From Flavobacteriales bacterium (GTDB lineage: Bacteria; Bacteroidota; Bacteroidia; Flavobacteriales; BACL11): a stretch of 64,000 nt of DNA. This document shows positions 47,963 through 57,519 of this stretch, in pieces (position 1 is the first letter of the stretch; the number at the start of each line of letters is the position of its first letter). The translations under genes and the position numbers were made by a program. The notes below the pieces were generated by a model. That model had not been told where the DNA came from. It made no database searches and worked only from the letters and a program-made list of their open reading frames with translations. The stretch covers positions 175-64,174 of the forward strand of contig JAOHSR010000004.1 of NCBI GenBank assembly GCA_028122735.1, given 5' to 3'.

Positions 47963-49033
47963 TTATAGATTAATTCTTGCTCCAATGGCATGTGATCCTT
48001 GAAATGGATCTGTATGACGATATGAATAATCTAATCCAAACGTACTTCCATTACCCATAGGTAATTCAATAGTAAATCCAGCTGATGGCCCTCTAAGAGC
48101 TGTGGTTCTAAGCTCGTTATCATTCAATCCATCTTCATAAGTATATCCAGCTCTTACCATAAAATACTCTTTATATGAATATTCTGCTCCAAGTCTATAC
48201 TGGTCTTTTTGAAAAGCATTGGATGTAAAAGTACCAGCACCCGTTAGTCTGTGGACATTTACGTTTACATCATATGAAAGTCCAATATTTAACAATGCTG
48301 GTAATTCAAATTCTGAAGATCTTTGTTCAACTGTCATCTCATAATCAGGATTTAAATAATTTCTAAATGATATACCGTCTCCTGAAAAAGACATTCTTGG
48401 ACCTACATTTTTTAGTGAAATACCAAATTTTAAGTTGTCCTTTGCTCCTGTAACATATTGTATCCCTGCATCTAAAGCTATTCCATTAGCACCGACATTT
48501 GAAATTTGCTCAGAAATCATTTTAACAGTCATACCACCATAAATACTATTTGAAAATATTTTTGAATAGGAAAGTGCTATATTCATAAACCTTGGAGAAA
48601 AAGTACCTATCCCTCCATCTGGAAGATCTACTGTAGTAATCTCTATATCTCCAAAATTCATATTCATAACTGCTAAACCTATAACACCAGACTCACCTAT
48701 TTTTTGTGCAAAACCGAATGTACTAATACTACTAACAGATGAATTTGCATCAAACATTTTACTTCCATATTGCAACCAAGATGTTTGAGAAAAGATTAAT
48801 TCTGTTTTTTCAACAAAGGCTAAACCAGCAACATTAGAGTAAATACCTTCTAACCCTCTAACTCCAGCAACATTAGCTCCTGCCCAGCCTGAAGATCTAG
48901 CCCAAGGATTAATTAATAACTCTGATGCCCCAGCCTGTCCTGCTCTTTGCTCATTACCAGCAAATGAAAAGGTACTAAAAAAGCTCAAAACAAAAACTAA
49001 AATCAATTTTATTAATCTATTAATTTCTTTCAT
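47963..49033 (-). CDS. PorV/PorQ-family (FadL-like) outer-membrane beta-barrel
   Basis: Trimmed to MKEINRLIKLILVFVLSFFSTFSFA (cat at 49031-49033). The mature N-terminus GNEQRAGQAGASELLINPWARSSGWAGANVAGVRGLEGIYSNVAGLAF fits the PorV/PorQ signature, followed by alternating beta strands. Lies 32 nt downstream of a T9SS-CTD protein gene. Confidence 0.7.
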   Translation of the reverse strand: MKEINRLIKLILVFVLSFFSTFSFAGNEQRAGQAGASELLINPWARSSGWAGANVAGVRGLEGIYSNVAGLAFVEKTELIFSQTSWLQYGSKMFDANSSVSSISTFGFAQKIGESGVIGLAVMNMNFGDIEITTVDLPDGGIGTFSPRFMNIALSYSKIFSNSIYGGMTVKMISEQISNVGANGIALDAGIQYVTGAKDNLKFGISLKNVGPRMSFSGDGISFRNYLNPDYEMTVEQRSSEFELPALLNIGLSYDVNVNVHRLTGAGTFTSNAFQKDQYRLGAEYSYKEYFMVRAGYTYEDGLNDNELRTTALRGPSAGFTIELPMGNGSTFGLDYSYRHTDPFQGSHAIGARINL

Positions 49034-49065
49034 ATTCTTAATATTTATATTCTCTGTTATCATAA

Positions 49066-52000
49066 TTAGAATGTATCTAAATCTATTGGCCTTAAAGTTC
49101 CAAACCACTTAATTACTTTTTCTCTTTTTTCTCCGTCAATTTCTGTTGCCACATGAACAATATATAATCCACTAGCAATAGGAATTCCAAAATTATTTTT
49201 AAGATCCCAATCAATACTTGTCATAGTATCATCTTTCTTTAACTTTCTAACTAGAGTTCCATTAACGGTAAACACTGAGATTGTAGCTGTTTGAGGAAGA
49301 TTAGTTATCTTAATTCTATTATCTAACTGATTAGATTCGTATTCAGAATATCCATAATAAGGATTAGGAACAACATTAATTAATTCCATTGCGTCTCTAG
49401 CAACTTCAGAGTCTCCTTTAGTTGCTACTAAATCATCTGTATTAAATTCATAAATAGGATTAAAAGAATTAGCAGGATTATAAAGAACCACACGCGCCTT
49501 ACTACTTCCTGTAAAAGATGAGGCAGTAGCTTGAAAAACATCTCCAGGGGAATAAGTAATTCCATCATGAGTAATTGTTTTACCTCCCCATGTTGTTGCA
49601 GAATTTTCATATGCAACCACATAAGTTTCTCCAATTGTTAAAGCGTCATCTTTAGATAAAATATTTAATGAATTAACTGTTTCATATTGTTTATATGGTT
49701 TCGAAACACGCAATTTAACTTTTGCTTCATTAGTAAGTATTGTTCTTCCCGGAGCCAATAAAGGGATACTAACCCATGAAGTGTTCTTAAATACCTTCCA
49801 TTTCCCCACACCTGTTGCATCATCTTTTAACTGATGATAAATCCATTCTCCTTCATCATAATTAGGACTATTATCAACTTCATCAAAATCTCCATTCACA
49901 TAATCTGCAGTTCCCTTAACCCAAGATTGCCCATTTATTACATATACAAAATGCTTTCCCCCTAAAAGATAATTCCCACCACTAATTTCTTGAGTTTGAG
50001 TACTGTAAAAAGGAAATTGTTCTGTCACTATATTTGCTGTTGGATTCCATTGCATATCATTTCCATTATCACTAGTTAACCATGAATCTTCAGCAAAAAC
50101 AATATTTAGTCTCTCACCTGTTTCAACATCAATAGCATATCCAGGGAACCAACCCATACCATTTCTACCACTACCATCATTTGATCCATTTTTATCTACA
50201 GAAGGACTTTCTCTTAATCCCATTTTAAGTGCTCCTCCCTCGGCTAAATCTGGGTTCTCTTGAGCTTCTACAATTACACATCTTGTCCATTTAGATTGAT
50301 CATTTGTATAAACAACATCAACAGAATTTAGATTTTCCATCTTGTTTTGAGATGTTATAGAACTATTTAGTCCAGGTCCATCTTGATAATATGAAGCAAA
50401 TCTATATGGAGCCCATGTTCCTCCAGTTGTTTCAAAAGTAATATCTCCAATACCAAAAGGAATATTAGAAAAAGTAGTTGTTATAGTTTGTTCTATTACA
50501 CCTTCATATATGCTTTTAGGGTCATCAGTTTGATTATAATCACTGTATAAACCATTATCATCATCCGTATATGTACCAGATCGTATCCAATTTAGACCCC
50601 AGAATTTTAAAAAACCACCTTCATCATCCCTATCTGGAACACCACTTAACCATCTATCGTTAATGTTTTCATATTCTATAGATGAGGAAACTAATCCATT
50701 ATCATCAATATTATTAGGATCAGCTCCAGGATTTAATGATTGTTTTACTTTAACATTAAGACCAAGACTGCTAATATATTCTTCAGTTCCAACTGTAATA
50801 GATTGATTAGAAGAACCTATAACAGCTCCATCTTGTTGATTTATTAATTCCCAACTATTATAAGATGAAATTGAACTACCACTAAACACAGGATCAAATA
50901 ATTTAAATATATAATTTCCTTGTGGAATTTTCACAGGATCAACAACTGAAATATTAATTGGTCCTAATCCTGCTTTATATGTTGGATTATAAACTCTATG
51001 ATCGTCACTAGAAAATATTTCATCAATACTTGATTGAGTTAATTCTAAGTTATTTCCACCATTTCCAGTTCCTTCAATCCTTGTAATCGAAACTCCATCA
51101 CCATATGCGGCATTAAGAGTTGTTCCTCCTTCATCTGGCTCTGTATAATGAGGTATTGCGCTATATACTTTTATATTTCTTCTTCCTCCGATATAAGGTT
51201 GATTTCTTCCGTCATATTCTGAGCTGTTTACATCATAAGGATCAGCATTTTCCTCAGCCCTATTATATCCATAAGCAATGGACATAAAGTAATATGTTTT
51301 GTGATTTACTAGCCTTGTATTTCCCAGAGCGAATTTATCATCGGTAATTTGGAATGAATATTCAGTTCCTTCGTCAATAGAACCTTTTACCCCATCACTT
51401 AAAACTGAAGCTACTTCTTCGACTGGAGTGTAAACTCCTAAAACAGGATCTAAGTATTGATTAACAATTCCTGTAACAGTATCGTTAACATCTGATCTAA
51501 ATACAAGTCGTGCTAAATCAGGATCATCTAAATCTGTTACAGAAACAATATTACTTTTTAATTGATAAACTAAATAACCTTGAAACGTATAAGCAGAATC
51601 GTTCAATAAATTTATAGGTTTTGTAATGTAGGGATCCTTCTCTCTATAACTTTCATTTAAATTATTAGATGTAGGTCCATTTGACATAGTAATTATTAAC
51701 TCTTTATCAAGCTCTCTAATCTCTAAATCAGGCGCATCAGGACCATTAAGGATATTAAAGTTATTATCAAATAATGCTTGTGCTTCTTTATCGTATATTT
51801 TAACTAGTGCTATGGAAGCAGTTTGACCACCAGATTTTGCTCTTGCCCAAACAACACCTGTAGTAATTTCATTTACCGCACCAGGTTGTAGTGTAAATGG
51901 ACCTGCCGATTGTAAGAATCTTCTATCAGCAGGTATATTACCTGCTGTCTGTTCTGTCCATTCAGTTGTAAAATCTGGATCAGATGTTCCAGGAAACATA

Positions 52001-53274
52001 AAATTACATAAATCTGCAGTAGATCCTTGACCAGCTCCATGACCGTCTCCTCCATAAGTCATTGGAACATTATCTTTCCAAATACCTCTTAAATAATTAT
52101 AAAAATGAGTTCCTTCAGAGGGATTTCCAATTACTGTAAAATCATTATTGTAGTAAACAAATTTTGACATAATAATTTGCTCGTTTGCTTCATCGATAGT
52201 ACCATCTCTATCGTTATCAATTCCATCATTTGGGTCTGCTAAAGGACCTTGAAAGAAATCAACCCCAATAGCAGGTGGATTAAATCCGTATCCAGCAGCC
52301 CCCTCATCTTCAGCATCTCCATTGTAGCAAAAACCTAAACCTAAATTAACGTCACAACCAACATAATCATCAAGATAATATCCTAAATCTGGGTCAACCC
52401 ACTGTCCAAAATAAGTATCGTTTAAAGGTAAAGTTGATCTGTTTATAATTTTATAATTGTAAAAAGTCATATCATTTACCTCATTATCAGCAGTAAATCC
52501 AAATGCTTGAGCATGAATCTCTAAACCTAGAGGATCAGCTTCAGTTTCACCATGTATATTTCCTTGATCATTAAAAATCCACCATAAAGTTTGATCTCCG
52601 AATAATTTTGCATTATCATTAGAACCACTTATATTGTAATCGGGGTAATCTCCGTCATATGGATTATATAAACCACCATCTTGACCAGCGTCATAAAAAG
52701 GTGCTAGATTAAAATCTTGTCCTTGAGATACATCACCGTGTGCAGGCCAATTTTCAATAATATCAGGCATTACATAAGTTGGATCCAAATAATTAGCAAC
52801 ATGATCCTCTACCTCAGCTCTTGTTATTTTAAAATGCTTGTCCCATTCATTGCACTCTTCTGCAGTAATTGTAGCTGTTTGGGTATTTAATGGGCCAGTC
52901 CAAAAATCACTACCTCCTTGTCTGTATGTCATTGCAGCAACTTTTAATTGCCCTCCTGCATCAACTCCTCCAATCCATAAGGCCCCAGCAAACATGGAAT
53001 GTTTATTTCCATCTTTTGGAATCTCATATCTTGCGTCATCTAAATTCCACCACATATCACCAGCAGCCATAATTGTAGTCCGAACATTATTAACATCTAA
53101 ATCTGTCTTAGAAACTGATGGTGCACATCCTGATGCAACTTTTGTGTAAATAACAGAAGTAGTTCCAAAAGGGTTTGGAACATTTTCTTTTGCAAAAACA
53201 TTAACACAGGATAATACAAGAGATAAAAGAATAAATCTTTTTGAGTTTTTAATTATATAAGCCATTTTTTTCAT
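49066..53274 (-). CDS. 1402-aa secreted protein of unknown family with a T9SS type-A C-terminal sorting domain
   Basis: Signal peptide MKKMAYIIKNSKRFILLSLVLSCVNVFA. The last ~100 aa (VVPNPYY..ISVFTVNGTLVRKL..ASGLYIVHV..KW) form a Por secretion tail. The ORF is long and uninterrupted with protein-like composition. Confidence 0.85.
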   Translation of the reverse strand: MKKMAYIIKNSKRFILLSLVLSCVNVFAKENVPNPFGTTSVIYTKVASGCAPSVSKTDLDVNNVRTTIMAAGDMWWNLDDARYEIPKDGNKHSMFAGALWIGGVDAGGQLKVAAMTYRQGGSDFWTGPLNTQTATITAEECNEWDKHFKITRAEVEDHVANYLDPTYVMPDIIENWPAHGDVSQGQDFNLAPFYDAGQDGGLYNPYDGDYPDYNISGSNDNAKLFGDQTLWWIFNDQGNIHGETEADPLGLEIHAQAFGFTADNEVNDMTFYNYKIINRSTLPLNDTYFGQWVDPDLGYYLDDYVGCDVNLGLGFCYNGDAEDEGAAGYGFNPPAIGVDFFQGPLADPNDGIDNDRDGTIDEANEQIIMSKFVYYNNDFTVIGNPSEGTHFYNYLRGIWKDNVPMTYGGDGHGAGQGSTADLCNFMFPGTSDPDFTTEWTEQTAGNIPADRRFLQSAGPFTLQPGAVNEITTGVVWARAKSGGQTASIALVKIYDKEAQALFDNNFNILNGPDAPDLEIRELDKELIITMSNGPTSNNLNESYREKDPYITKPINLLNDSAYTFQGYLVYQLKSNIVSVTDLDDPDLARLVFRSDVNDTVTGIVNQYLDPVLGVYTPVEEVASVLSDGVKGSIDEGTEYSFQITDDKFALGNTRLVNHKTYYFMSIAYGYNRAEENADPYDVNSSEYDGRNQPYIGGRRNIKVYSAIPHYTEPDEGGTTLNAAYGDGVSITRIEGTGNGGNNLELTQSSIDEIFSSDDHRVYNPTYKAGLGPINISVVDPVKIPQGNYIFKLFDPVFSGSSISSYNSWELINQQDGAVIGSSNQSITVGTEEYISSLGLNVKVKQSLNPGADPNNIDDNGLVSSSIEYENINDRWLSGVPDRDDEGGFLKFWGLNWIRSGTYTDDDNGLYSDYNQTDDPKSIYEGVIEQTITTTFSNIPFGIGDITFETTGGTWAPYRFASYYQDGPGLNSSITSQNKMENLNSVDVVYTNDQSKWTRCVIVEAQENPDLAEGGALKMGLRESPSVDKNGSNDGSGRNGMGWFPGYAIDVETGERLNIVFAEDSWLTSDNGNDMQWNPTANIVTEQFPFYSTQTQEISGGNYLLGGKHFVYVINGQSWVKGTADYVNGDFDEVDNSPNYDEGEWIYHQLKDDATGVGKWKVFKNTSWVSIPLLAPGRTILTNEAKVKLRVSKPYKQYETVNSLNILSKDDALTIGETYVVAYENSATTWGGKTITHDGITYSPGDVFQATASSFTGSSKARVVLYNPANSFNPIYEFNTDDLVATKGDSEVARDAMELINVVPNPYYGYSEYESNQLDNRIKITNLPQTATISVFTVNGTLVRKLKKDDTMTSIDWDLKNNFGIPIASGLYIVHVATEIDGEKREKVIKWFGTLRPIDLDTF

Positions 53275-53297
53275 ATTACTAATTTTCTTCTATTTTT

Positions 53298-56200
53298 TTA
53301 AAATTCAAAACTTAAACCAGCTCTTAACATTCTAGGTAGACTGTAATTATTTGGATTATTAACTGCAAGTGAGTACATGTTTCTAAAGGAATCTGGACTA
53401 TTTTGAGCATTAATTGCATTCTGTGCAGCTGATGAAGTTAAATAACCATCATCATCTGGGTTTCCAGTTGCTCTATAAACACTAATAATATTTTTAGCAT
53501 CTAATAAGTTTTGAATCTGAACATAAACATTAACATTTGAACTTTTCTTATCAGACCATTTAATTTCAAATTCTTTGTTGAATTTTGCACTTATTCTAAA
53601 TTGCCATGGCAATCTTGAACCATTTAAACTTCCCTCAAGAGTTGATCTGTCATTAATTCCGTCAGCCGCTTCCTGAGTTATATTTGATTGTTTACTATAA
53701 GGTGTTCCGGATCCAGCAGAAAGAACCATATTAGCCCCAGCATTAGCAAAAATATTTTTTCCAAACAAAATAGGACCATCATAATCTTTTCCAGATCCAT
53801 ATCTATAATCAACAGATGCAGAAATTGCATGACGTTGATCAAAAGCTAATGGAATTGTTGATCTTAAATTTGGCTGTCCTGTATTAACGAGGCTTTGACC
53901 AGAAGATGCACTAGATCCAGTACCATCAGCAAACTGTAAAGTATAGTTAGCTGTCATACTAATATTACCAGTTCTTCTTAAATCAAAATTAACTGACATT
54001 CCTTTTACAGTACCAAAATCAATATTTCCATATGTTAAATACTGAGCTGGATAAGCTCCTAAAACATTTACAACTTGAATCATGTCTCTTAACTCTTTGT
54101 AAAAGGCAGAAATTTTCAATGCAGATCTTAATGACAAAGTTTTAGCAAAACCTAACTCATAATCAACAGTTTTTTCAGATTTAAGATCAGGATTATTTAA
54201 TAAAGCTCCAACTCTGTCTGCCATAAATAAATAATCTACAGGTTCTAATCTATTAGATTGAGGAGGACGCTGAGTCAAAACATCATAATGAGCGAAAAAT
54301 TGTGCTTCATCTGAAATTGGAAAAGAGAAAGCAATTCTTGGCATGAACACTGTTTCGGGTGTGTAGTCATCAAAAACATTATCAACATTAACTGTTCCTT
54401 CCAAAGCAGATTGAGCATCAGTTAAATATGGTTGAATTTGCCCACCTGCAGCTTCTGCCAAAAGGTTTGGATCTGAAATCTGTAGACCATCAGCATTATA
54501 CCAAGTTTCGTTATCTCTGTAACCAACAATACTAGAAGGATTAGACACATCATCAACATAAACAACATAATCATCACCAATTGTTGAGGGATGTCCTTGA
54601 GGTGCTAAATCATCCCAAAATGTTCCACTTGGATTTTGATTTCCTTTTGTGTATGCTTGATGTAATAAATACTTATCAGATAAAACTTTTTGATTTGCAT
54701 CATACCTATCAATTCTTAAACCAACATTGAAAATTAAATCCTCAATAGCGAATTTATCTTGAATATATCCAGCAGTATAAATTGGTTGAAAAGAAGCAAT
54801 CTCTCTTAAATAATTACCATTTGCATCTTTTTTCACAAAGAAATCTTTTAATGTAGGGTTATTAGTCAATTTACTTCCGTGAATATCATACCCATAATAA
54901 TAAACTAAGCTAGAACCGCTATTTAATAATTCATCTGGACTAAACATTTTTATATCAAAAGTTTCTGGAGAAAGAGCATCAATATCTATATAGTCTGTAG
55001 AATTTGGAAGTAAACCTAATTTTTCTCTTAGAGATCTATCAAACCAAGACTGTTCTTCAGCAACATATAATCTATCAAAGTTTACCGTATCTTGATATAC
55101 ACCATTTATATCATATACCGGAAGTGGATTAGATAAATCTCTTTGTAAAATATGTTTATTAGCCTGTTGACGCATTAGACCCCACATTCCCATTGGCCCC
55201 ATTCCCCAATAGGAATCATCTCTTTGCTCAAATTCGAATCCAAAAGAAAATTCATGGTCCTTAATATCTGCAGATCCAGAAGCTTTAAATGATGTTTGAG
55301 TATTTTCTTGTTCTGCAGATCCATTGTACATCGTACCATGATTACCAAAAAGTGAATAAACAGAAGCAGGTAAATTACCATTTCTTAATCCCTGACCTTT
55401 TAAATCAGCAGCAGTTCTAATAACTCCATCATTTGCTGCTCCAACAAAAGATGCTAGACCATAATCTTCAAACATTTGATAATATGCATTAGTATAATTT
55501 GCTAAATCTGCATTTGTGAATTGATTTTCTTTAAAAGTGTAAAGCGTATCCCCCCATCCAGAGTGAATCTGTCCTGTGTAAATAATTCCAGTAGTACTAT
55601 CGATTGCAGATCCTCCGTTATATATATTTGCCTTGTAGGTATTAAATTCACCGACATAACCATATTTAAATAAATCAAATTGATGATCTGCATCTACAAA
55701 TGTATATTGGTTGTTTGTATAATCCCCTTGAATAGTAAAAAATGCATTTTTAATTGCAGCCGAACTGTTTTCCTCATTAGATTCTTCAGAACCAAACTTC
55801 TGAGTTAATTTTCCAAATAGACGGTAAGTTGTTTGTGAAGATTCCCTATTGTTTGCAGATGAAAACATTGATCTCCACCCAGAAAAATCTCTTGATGTTC
55901 TTGAGTAAAGAGCACCTCCTAAGGAAAGAAATGTTGTATTTGTAGGCTTAAAGTCTAACTTTCCTGAAATATTAAATCTTTTTTCATTAGAATTTATTCT
56001 TGCTTGAACATTTTCAAAATCATCCTCGCTTAAAAAATCTGAAGTGCTTAAAAAACCAGCATTAGCATTTGGTGCAATCTGAAATGGAGTTTGTTGTAAA
56101 CCTGTTAGGACATCATCTTTAACTTTCCACCTACCAATTGCTGAAGGATCAGTATCATCAACATCTCTGAACTCTCCAGATAAAAAATAACCTAAAATAG

Positions 56201-57005
56201 AACTTCCTTTTGTTCCGTCAGAATTTCTCTTCTTAATTATTGGCCCAGAAAGCCCAAAACCGACTAAATTGTAATTGTATTTATCAAAAAGAGATGAAGA
56301 CTCTACTTCAATACCGCCGAAAAACTTATTTGAAGGCCCCTTGGTGGTAACTGCAATTATACCTCCAGTTGCATCTCCATATTGAGCAGGAAGACCACCA
56401 GTAACAACTGTAATTTGTTCAATCCCAGATGTTGGAACACCAATAGCTCCTCTAACTTTTATACCATCAACATAATATGCTGTAGCATTTTCTCTTGAAC
56501 CTCTCATATTTACAGCATCACCTTCATCTTTTTGGTAAATACCAGCTGTTGTAGAAGCTACCGAAGAAACATTTCTAGTAGGAAGTGCTACAATTTCTTC
56601 CGCTGTTTTGGTTTCTCCAGATAAATTATCTTGATCTAAAAGCGGTTTCTTGTACTCAATAATCTTTATCTCTCCAAGTGCAACTCCTTCTTGAAGCTTG
56701 ACATCTTGAAATGTAATTTTATTTGCTGAAACTATAACTCCTGTAACCTCCACAGTTTGATAACCAACAAAAGTAGCTTTGATAGAGTAATTTCCTGGCT
56801 CAATTGGTTTAATGGTGTATTTACCATCAAAATCAGTAGTTGTTCCTGCATATTGATCACCTCCCTTTTCAATAACAACATTAGCAAAAGGAATAGTTTC
56901 TCCTGTCATAACATCTGATATTACCCCTTTAAGTGTTCCGGTTTGTGCAAAAGCAAAAGTAGAAAAACAAACTAATGCAACTATTGAATAAATTTTTCTC
57001 AACAT
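53298..57005 (-). CDS. oversized TonB-dependent outer-membrane barrel with an N-terminal carboxypeptidase-regulatory-like domain (Oar-like)
   Basis: Signal peptide ...FAFAQ, CarboxypepD_reg-like TGTLKGVISD..GNYSIKATFVGYQ, plug NMRGSRENATAYYVDGIKV..GGIIAVTTKGP, a ~1000-aa barrel and terminal ...GLSFEF. Confidence 0.85.
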   Translation of the reverse strand: MLRKIYSIVALVCFSTFAFAQTGTLKGVISDVMTGETIPFANVVIEKGGDQYAGTTTDFDGKYTIKPIEPGNYSIKATFVGYQTVEVTGVIVSANKITFQDVKLQEGVALGEIKIIEYKKPLLDQDNLSGETKTAEEIVALPTRNVSSVASTTAGIYQKDEGDAVNMRGSRENATAYYVDGIKVRGAIGVPTSGIEQITVVTGGLPAQYGDATGGIIAVTTKGPSNKFFGGIEVESSSLFDKYNYNLVGFGLSGPIIKKRNSDGTKGSSILGYFLSGEFRDVDDTDPSAIGRWKVKDDVLTGLQQTPFQIAPNANAGFLSTSDFLSEDDFENVQARINSNEKRFNISGKLDFKPTNTTFLSLGGALYSRTSRDFSGWRSMFSSANNRESSQTTYRLFGKLTQKFGSEESNEENSSAAIKNAFFTIQGDYTNNQYTFVDADHQFDLFKYGYVGEFNTYKANIYNGGSAIDSTTGIIYTGQIHSGWGDTLYTFKENQFTNADLANYTNAYYQMFEDYGLASFVGAANDGVIRTAADLKGQGLRNGNLPASVYSLFGNHGTMYNGSAEQENTQTSFKASGSADIKDHEFSFGFEFEQRDDSYWGMGPMGMWGLMRQQANKHILQRDLSNPLPVYDINGVYQDTVNFDRLYVAEEQSWFDRSLREKLGLLPNSTDYIDIDALSPETFDIKMFSPDELLNSGSSLVYYYGYDIHGSKLTNNPTLKDFFVKKDANGNYLREIASFQPIYTAGYIQDKFAIEDLIFNVGLRIDRYDANQKVLSDKYLLHQAYTKGNQNPSGTFWDDLAPQGHPSTIGDDYVVYVDDVSNPSSIVGYRDNETWYNADGLQISDPNLLAEAAGGQIQPYLTDAQSALEGTVNVDNVFDDYTPETVFMPRIAFSFPISDEAQFFAHYDVLTQRPPQSNRLEPVDYLFMADRVGALLNNPDLKSEKTVDYELGFAKTLSLRSALKISAFYKELRDMIQVVNVLGAYPAQYLTYGNIDFGTVKGMSVNFDLRRTGNISMTANYTLQFADGTGSSASSGQSLVNTGQPNLRSTIPLAFDQRHAISASVDYRYGSGKDYDGPILFGKNIFANAGANMVLSAGSGTPYSKQSNITQEAADGINDRSTLEGSLNGSRLPWQFRISAKFNKEFEIKWSDKKSSNVNVYVQIQNLLDAKNIISVYRATGNPDDDGYLTSSAAQNAINAQNSPDSFRNMYSLAVNNPNNYSLPRMLRAGLSFEF

Positions 57006-57105
57006 AGTATAATGTTTCGTTTAAATAATTTTAAAGTCTGTAAAGATATCAAAAAACATTAAAAAATGTAAAATCAGAGCCATTTCTTTTTACTAAATTG
57101 CACGA

Positions 57106-57519
57106 ATGAAATTGGGGAAAATACTTATAATTCTTTTACTGTTATTTATTCACTGCGGAGATAGTAACGAGTACATACAAAATGTGTACGTAGATATAGA
57201 AATTGATTTAAGTTTGCCAGAATTTAGCACTCTTAATACTGTAGGAAATAGCATGTTTTTGGAAGGTGGGAATAAAGGAATTATCATCTATAATTTTTCA
57301 AACTACGAGTACAAGATTTATGACAGAAATTGTAGCTATGAACCCTCTTTATCTTGCTCCTACATTGATTCAATAAATTCATCTATTGCATTTTGTGGAT
57401 GCTGCTCCTCTGCATTCTTACTTGATCAAAACGGAAGTGCTGCTAATAGTCCTGCAATTTTACCTTTGAAACAGTATAATTACAATTTAAACAACACAAT
57501 ATTATATATTTACAATTAA
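57106..57519 (+). CDS. small lipoprotein, possibly a degenerate Rieske-like fold
   Basis: [18 protein letters not shown] has a lipobox. [19 protein letters not shown]...[24 protein letters not shown] parallels Rieske box I/II spacing, but the His ligands are replaced. Confidence 0.45.
   Translation: MKLGKILIILLLLFIHCGDSNEYIQNVYVDIEIDLSLPEFSTLNTVGNSMFLEGGNKGIIIYNFSNYEYKIYDRNCSYEPSLSCSYIDSINSSIAFCGCCSSAFLLDQNGSAANSPAILPLKQYNYNLNNTILYIYN

Noticed and set aside
49066-53274. Could the 1402-aa gene upstream of the PorV-like gene simply be PorU, the T9SS C25 sortase that normally precedes porV?
   Set aside because: I could not find a gingipain/C25-like His...Cys catalytic arrangement. The few Cys occur in the contexts SGCAPS, EECNEW, VGCDVN, GFCYNG, DLCNF and TRCVIV. 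From memory, the usual flavobacterial context is gldJ-porU-porV, and that is absent here (a TonB-dependent barrel lies upstream instead). This is not decisive without an HMM search, so it is listed as the main refutation test for the operon finding.
53298-57005. SusC/SusD-type polysaccharide utilisation locus.
   Set aside because: The barrel has the N-terminal CarboxypepD_reg-like domain seen in SusC proteins. However, no SusD-like lipoprotein gene follows, and there are no glycoside hydrolases or regulators nearby. The downstream gene is a T9SS-CTD protein instead.
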